This document shows positions 59,401 to 64,000 of a stretch of 64,000 nucleotides of DNA, piece after piece. Positions within the stretch are counted from its first letter, which is position 1; each line of letters begins with the position of its first letter. The notes beneath the pieces are model-generated. The model was given only the letters and a program-made list of their open reading frames with translations. It was not told the DNA's origin and did no database searches. This stretch comes from Fimbriosthenelais zetlandica (taxonomy: Eukaryota). A program made the position numbers and the translations under genes. Location of the stretch: assembly GCA_977030845.1 (NCBI GenBank), contig OZ365109.1:15004001-15068000 (forward strand). Direction: 5' to 3'.

Positions 59401-60525
59401 CAGCATAAATTATAAAAGCAACTTTAGTAGCCTTCTTGTATAGGTTTACATACACATGAACTTGATGAATTTATGAGGACAAGACCTAACAAAATATCAT
59501 TTTCCTCTTGGTATAGGATAAAGCCTATTCGAGGTGAATATATCGTGTATGATAAGGCCGCTCAATGCCAAGTTAATCATATTTTGTTCCCAGTACCAAC
59601 GGAAATAACGCGGGGAGTCCTCATAGTTCCAACAGGTAATTTTCAAATGTTGAATTCAAATTTCCTTTCTAAATATCAGGCAGGGTGACCGTATCTTTTC
59701 CCACATATAAGTATTCCAGATATATTATATTTAAGCATGAATTATATCTATTTCCTCCATACATGTGTTTCAGTTTGCAAAAATTCGATACTGTGGTCGG
59801 TCTTGCAGTTGTGCAAATTCGAAAATAAATTTTTGTAAATAGTACCGAATAGACATATTTTGATTATAAACGAATGTTATATTTCTTTCATCAGTACATG
59901 GTAATGTGATCGTGGGACCCACAGCAGTGGGTGTCAACAAACGGACCGTTGACCAGGTATCAGAATCTACAGTTTCAAGTCTAAAATCCTACGCGGAGAG
60001 AGTAATACCTACTCTGGCCTCCCATCAAATCATTGGTACTTATGCTGGTTTGAGACCTGCAACAGAGTTCTCTGATTACCAAATAAAGCATCACCCAGAA
60101 AGGTGAGCAAGATAAAATAATGTTTTATACATATTTCTGTGGTTGAGAGATGACCAAATTAGAGTTCCATTACAAATGTAAATCTTATTTAATTTCACAA
60201 TCAAAAATCTTTCCAGAAAAAAACATACAAGATGATAATTTCGGAATTTCTGCTTCCTTGCAGTAACTGGGTAACAGTCGGTGGTATACGAGCCACAGGA
60301 GCTTCTGGAAGCCTGGCTATTGCGTCTTATGTCAACTTCTTAGTAAAACAGGGACTTAAGCAACAACCGTCTGGACCTGTCCGACCATCACCGCAATTTA
60401 GTCGTCCTATTAATTGGAGGGCGACTGAAAAGGGGACAGTTCACATGGACGATGAGGTTTACCAGATAACACACCCCATAACCTACTTTGGTTTAGTGGA
60501 TAAATCGGCCAACTCTAAACTTTAG
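56451..60525 (+). CDS. FAD-dependent oxidoreductase, DAO superfamily, LhgO/GlpA-like (COG0579-type), 416 aa, C-terminal PTS1 (SKL)
   Basis: Exons 56451-56593, 56803-56956, 57107-57313, 59159-59316, 59517-59635, 59895-60102, 60264-60525, phase-consistent. DVAVIGGGVVG Rossmann motif, EKE..GASSGNSAVYASGFD, VINAAGLYGDEV, RGEYIVYDK, GVLIVPTVHGNVIVGPTA, YAGLRPA, GGIRATGASGSLAIA; ends ANSKL*. Confidence 0.88.
57420..58899. mobile_element. hAT-like non-autonomous DNA transposon (~1.48 kb) in oxidoreductase intron 3
   Basis: TIRs TAGGGACTCTA / TAGAGTCCCTA; flanking direct repeat (A)ATTATAG at 57412-57419 and 58899-58906; internal ~223-bp diverged duplication (CTGCGCCGGTCCTAATA at 58302 and 58525); no transposase ORF. 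Confidence 0.75.
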
Positions 60526-62186
60526 GATGCATAATGATATAATTATACTGTACATCTATCTGGGTTATTTGTAGAGCCACTACAATGATCAATATTTCCT
60601 CAATAGATGTGATAATTTTATAAACATTAAGGATGCTGTGACAAAATATTTTATGTATAAAAATGATTTTCCACGTATTTTAAAATGAGTGAAGAAATTG
60701 TGACACTTATTTTAATATGTATCATATTTTTCGGTATGCATTCTGAAAAAGAGAACGTCAGATTTATCTGTTGTTTTATTCACTATCAACAATACTCTTC
60801 GTATGCTGCAGGCTTTACAGATCAACGTCAAGTGGAAAGCGAATTGTATTGGAATGGACGTATTCCACTCTAAAATATATCTTGAACATTATAGATCCAT
60901 CATTTGATTCTGAATAACAACCTTGGCCCCTATAATTCTTAAGACATGAATTATAAGTAAAACAGTCAAACAACCTTACTGACCTACGAAATTTTATAAA
61001 CTAATTCTAAAAATAATACAGGATCTAAGACACCCAGGGTTTAGAACTTTTCAACTTTCTAATTAAAAGCCTGAAGAAAACTGAATAAAGTCGGAAGCTT
61101 GCAACAGAAAGCAGGTCCCGGGTTGTTCCCCTTTATTTCACTAATTTCTAAGTAAAAGCTCTATAATGTACTTATTTCTAAGGTGGGTTGTAATAATGTT
61201 TATAGATCTAGATCTATATTAAAGCAGATAATGGTGTCTATCAATATACCGGGTTCGTCTCAAATACAAGTTGTATAGAAATACTTATTTTTGTTATCAC
61301 TGTGGAATACTATAACTAATGATTATCATCTGACATAACTGTAACGATATAACGTATGTATACAAACCGCAGTGTTCTGTCTATGCATGTACTTGAGTAT
61401 GTACTGAATAAATCATTTTGATCACAAAGTAACAGTTACAAAACACAATATTCACCTGTCCTTAGACCCATAACTCAGTTCATGGACACGAAACATTTTA
61501 AGGTACAAGACCTTATTTCACAGTAAGCGTTCGATACATCAATTAACAGTAATATGTCAACTTCGGACACTTGTCATCGTAATAACGAGTCCAGGAAAAT
61601 TTGTTAAATTTTGTTAACTGAACTGTTATGAATCTACTTGAATTGTTACACGATTCATTCCTAGCCCTTAAAATGCACAAGCGGACCTGTTGAAGCGGTT
61701 AACACATCTCACATCAAGTATGAGTATTCTTAATACATATAGAACGACAGAAACCCACGACTATCAATATCAGGTGAATACGTTAGCAGATCTGTTCACA
61801 GCTTTACAATACAAAAATAAACTTCCACCCAGGTATAATACATTTCCATGCAAAACATCAAGGGACAGACATGTCAGGGTTTTAATAATTAAAACCACAA
61901 CCACAACACATGCATTTAACTTCGCTATTGACACACATCTGGAATTTTCTGTTGGATTGTAATGGCAAAAAATACGAGTTCCCAAAACCAAATTTTGGTA
62001 CTTTCTTTTCGGCATGTATTCTAAGATGAACATATGTTCATCCAACATGGCAATATAGTGTGGCCTAAATGAAGACTGTCTATAAATCTATAAAAATGAT
62101 GGGACATTGAGTTCACTACTTCTGCACCTAAGTGCTGCCCTCGTGAGATCGACCAAAGACAATGCTGACAGTAACCAATCTATAAC

Positions 62187-62609
62187 CTATGCCGGAGTTT
62201 CAGATGTGGGCTTCTGTTCTTGGTTCACGTCCACCTCGATATCCTTGGATGACACTGGAGCCTCCGACTCACGAGCTGACTCCCGGTTTCTCAGCAGGGG
62301 GGCGCTGGACTCTCTAGGTCCCTTGGCTTCCACTTCTTTCTTTGGTGATCTCCTCAGATCGTGGAGTTCTTTACCGTTCTGTTCCTCTGTAGTGAAGGCA
62401 TGGCGTTTAGCGGCTCGGTACCAGAATAGGCTGACAAGGACCTGAATGATGCTGAGAATGATGAAGATGACACCGACTATAATCCCGGTCCTGTCCTCAA
62501 ACCTCGTTCCTGCCATCCATCCGAGCAGTCCAACACCGACAAAGCCAAAGAGGCTGACGAGGAAAAAGGATGCAAAGACTTTGTTGCGTTCAATCAGAGA
62601 TTCAAACAT
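62187..62609 (-). CDS. Uncharacterised 140-aa protein with two predicted transmembrane helices and a charged tail
   Basis: ATG in CAAGATG context 26 nt after a splice acceptor (ttttcAG, exon starts 62635); hydrophobic segments FASFFLVSLFGFVGVGLLGWM and IIVGVIFIILSIIQVLVSLFWY followed by RAAKR; GC content higher than the flanks. No family recognised. Confidence 0.65.
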   Translation of the reverse strand: MFESLIERNKVFASFFLVSLFGFVGVGLLGWMAGTRFEDRTGIIVGVIFIILSIIQVLVSLFWYRAAKRHAFTTEEQNGKELHDLRRSPKKEVEAKGPRESSAPLLRNRESARESEAPVSSKDIEVDVNQEQKPTSETPA

Positions 62610-64000
62610 CTTGATGATTTGGGTGTTCTGTCAGTCTGAAAACATCAGAAATGGAACTGTAATACTTATTTAGGAATTACCGGTAGGACACTAATTTAGT
62701 GGTTTCTGTTGACTATTGCGGTATTGCCTCATATCGTGCAGGATTATTGTAACCGTAATCCAGTGGACTTTGTTACTAGCATTAACACTCTATCCACTAA
62801 ATATAAGCTTAATCAGTTTAGCATGTGTCTAGACACTGAAAATGAATCATAGATAAAACATAGGGTCACCTGTCCCAGTTAATCCTACCCAGGAGATCAA
62901 CTATAGTTCTAGATTCCTACTCACTCTCAGGGGGGTTTTCAGAGAAAATAGGTCATTTGAACCGAGATCCGGTTGTTTATAAACGAAAACACCCACAAGG
63001 GTAGGGACCTAATCAAGTGCAAACTTTTCATTGTACGTCCATGTAAAGTGTCCTGGTGAGCTACATAAAACATGACATGACAATGTGTAGCTTATCCTGA
63101 CACTTAAATGTTATCAATTACCCCGCAGCATGAACTGACATAGGGACACTATAAGAATAGTTCACTCATATATAAGTCCAAAGTTTCCTATCCTTAGTGC
63201 AAATTTGTATCTATTGGGATAAGTGCACCATTGTCTAGTATTTTGCCGGAGTAGATTTCAAAAAGATAATGGAAGACAAACGTAACAATGAAATTTTATA
63301 GGTGCAGCTCTAGGTACACATGAATCCAGTTCGTGTAGTTGGGCCAGAGAGCCCTGATGTAGCCATTGATATTGTAGGGGAAAGTAGGTTTGGTTTTTAT
63401 AAATTTAATACAGAGATGGATACCGGTACCCTAGTCTATGTATAGGGGCTTGCCATAAATACAAAGACATTATAATTTAAATTGTACAGTAGCAATTTGT
63501 TATTTATGCCGCTACGATAAATGTAAGTGGAAACTCAAATGCTATGTCTCTGTATTGTAGGCCGGGACTATAGGCCCTAAGTAAATTGATATACAGAAAA
63601 ACAATACAATTACAAAGGAGGCAAATATTTCTAATTTTGACAGGAAGGCATTCAAGCCAGTGCCCACTGCCATTAACTTAATATAGTCCAATCCCCTAAA
63701 ACCTAAATTACATACCGGTATTATTAGGCCCAATGATACTAAAATTACATTGGCTTAAATTAAGCTCTTAATCTTTTGTGAAGAAGTCAGTAGGGTACCG
63801 TACTAAACCAAGCAGGAGTAATGATATTTTTTAGGGAACGCTAAAAATGGTATTAACTCGGTCAAGCCCAAACTTGTCGTATAATTTATAAATACTATAA
63901 TCAGGGGCGGATCGAGGATTTTTTTTCCAAAGGGGGTGGTAATACATGCACTGGTATGGGGGAGCGCCGGGTTAGGGTTACTGTAACCTTACTAGGGTTA

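Noticed and set aside
63960-64000. GGGTTAGGGTTA near the window end as telomeric repeat
   Set aside because: Only two or three interrupted units; too short to indicate a telomere or interstitial array.

Overview
Gene-dense window from an animal genome (spliceosomal GT-AG introns, AT-rich; probably a marine invertebrate, taxon not determinable from sequence alone). I assembled eight protein-coding genes by hand with phase-consistent splice sites: (1) a laminin-binding-class integrin alpha (minus; first 9 exons, runs off the left edge, 26-kb first intron); (2) BLOC1S1 (+); (3) PYM1/WIBG (-); (4) a full-length C2CD3 encoded by one uninterrupted 6.6-kb ORF (+); (5) an intronless MADF-BESS protein (+); (6) DNAJC28 (+); (7) a 15-exon PWWP3A/MUM1-like gene with two PWWP motifs (-), largely missed by the ORF track; (8) a 7-exon LhgO/GlpA-like FAD oxidoreductase ending in the peroxisomal signal SKL (+). 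There is also an unassigned two-transmembrane ORF (-). Six of the genes form three head-to-head pairs. Non-coding highlights: a 3.5-kb TGT...ACA Ginger-like foldback element carrying a nested TTAA piggyBac-type MITE whose empty site is present in the same window; a ~1.5-kb hAT-like insertion; several Tc1/pogo-type MITEs; an apparently perfect 239-bp inverted repeat; an MHC-class-II-like X/X2/Y module and a series of RFX X-boxes in the integrin intron; and clustering of TAGGCCTA/TACCGGTA palindromes near gene 5' ends. The ITGA(-)/BLOC1S1(+)/PYM1(-) order recalls human 12q13.2. No rRNA, tRNA or CRISPR features were seen.
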